DNA of 63,998 nucleotides, the filler included, from Dirinaria sp. TL-2023a (Eukaryota), in NCBI GenBank assembly GCA_051941275.1. It is 17 parts of 17 records of this genome, joined end to end, with 100 filler letters (N's around TTAATTAATTAA, not from the genome) between each part and the next. Parts side by side here need not be neighbours in the genome. Positions count along the whole stretch, not along the records: positions 60,992 to 63,998 come from JAVEBF010002140.1; 16 more parts are not named here. The stretch is one strand, 5' to 3'. The notes beneath the pieces are model-generated. The model did no database searches and had not been told where the DNA came from. It was given only the letters and a program-made list of their open reading frames with translations. Numbering within the stretch: position 1 is the stretch's first letter; each line of letters opens with the position of its first letter. This document shows positions 63,103-63,998 of this stretch, in pieces. The position numbers were made by a program, and so were the translations under genes.

Positions 63103-63998
63103 AGAGCGGATATGTATAGACATAGTGCCTCACGCTTGAAGGATTGAGGTGCGTTTAGCTCGATATCAGCTTTGGCAGAAACTACCTTAGTCCGTAAGGT
63201 ATAGTGTAGCGCTCCTTGCGGAAATATTCGAAATCCATAAGAGCTAGCTATTGAACCTTGGAGTGTGAACACTGCATATTAATTAGTTGTTGCTATGTTT
63301 AGAGACGCTGATGCGTTTGCTGAAACATGAATGCGGTACACTGCATCCTAAGGTATTGCAGAGGCATTACTGGACAAGCATCGGCCATTCCTGCGGCATC
63401 GGTCCATCCGCACATCACTGTATCAGGAGTCCATTCAAGACTCGAAAGCACTTATAACGCCTTGAACGATGTCACCCGATGCCCCAGCGAGCAGGCAGCA
63501 TCAAAGCACTCTGAACTGCGACCAATCCATGGCGGCATTGTCTTACATGTAGAAAACCATCCACATTGGAAACCAAGTTGGTTTGATGACACCGAGGATA
63601 GAATTACCAGGATGATTGAGGCCTTGTATACAAATCAATGTGCCAAGACGCCAGGGCATGAGCGAGACTCCAACAGGATCGAAAATCGCTGCCTAGGTAC
63701 CTAACACTGCATTATGTGAATCCTTTGGACGTCATGTTTGGTCAGCATCGTGTTGCTGATGGCATGTCGCATATCTTATGTCACGGCTAAAGCAAAATCA
63801 TAGAGCTGAATTCTGTATGCCAGAGGTTCATTGATTGTTCTATTCGATTAGCTTTATCTATCCCCATCTTGGTCGATCTCGACCACAATTACGGAACCCT
63901 TTAATGAATGAGTACCTATGCGGGTGACCTAGATTTTCCGAGACAGGCTCGAGTCTTTTTTTTTTTTTTTTTTTTTTAAAACGCAAGAAATTAATTTT

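Overview
This window is not contiguous DNA. It is 17 short (~3.7 kb) contigs of a filamentous ascomycete (Pezizomycotina) draft assembly, joined by artificial 100-nt N-TTAATTAATTAA-N linkers. GT..AG introns with CTAAC branch sites are common. Recognisable genes are ASA1, DBP7 (partial), a CCDC124/Lso2 homologue (partial), CDC45, a FAD monooxygenase, MRPS8 (partial), PPS1, a DUF6594-like protein, a PNP_UDP-NACHT NLR (partial), a DDHD phospholipase, a cation/Ca2+ exchanger, IMA1, a ZIP transporter, a GH18 chitinase and a Zn alcohol dehydrogenase. Decayed sequences include a NACHT-ankyrin NLR, a squalene-hopene cyclase fragment, a dynamin-like GED fragment and a Ty3/Gypsy pol. The top finding is a 684-bp miniature element (8027-8710) with identical 40-bp terminal direct repeats and a 5-bp target-site duplication, whose only cargo is an intact BIR (IAP-type) plus C2H2 zinc-finger ORF. 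Also notable: a RIP-like signature dominated by CpC->TpC (Trp TGG->TGA), a bacterial thiC fragment with a Shine-Dalgarno site fused to a fungal gene, two inverted solo LTRs forming a ~490-bp fold-back, and a perfect 43-bp hairpin. A lichen-type metagenome origin is plausible but is inference only.
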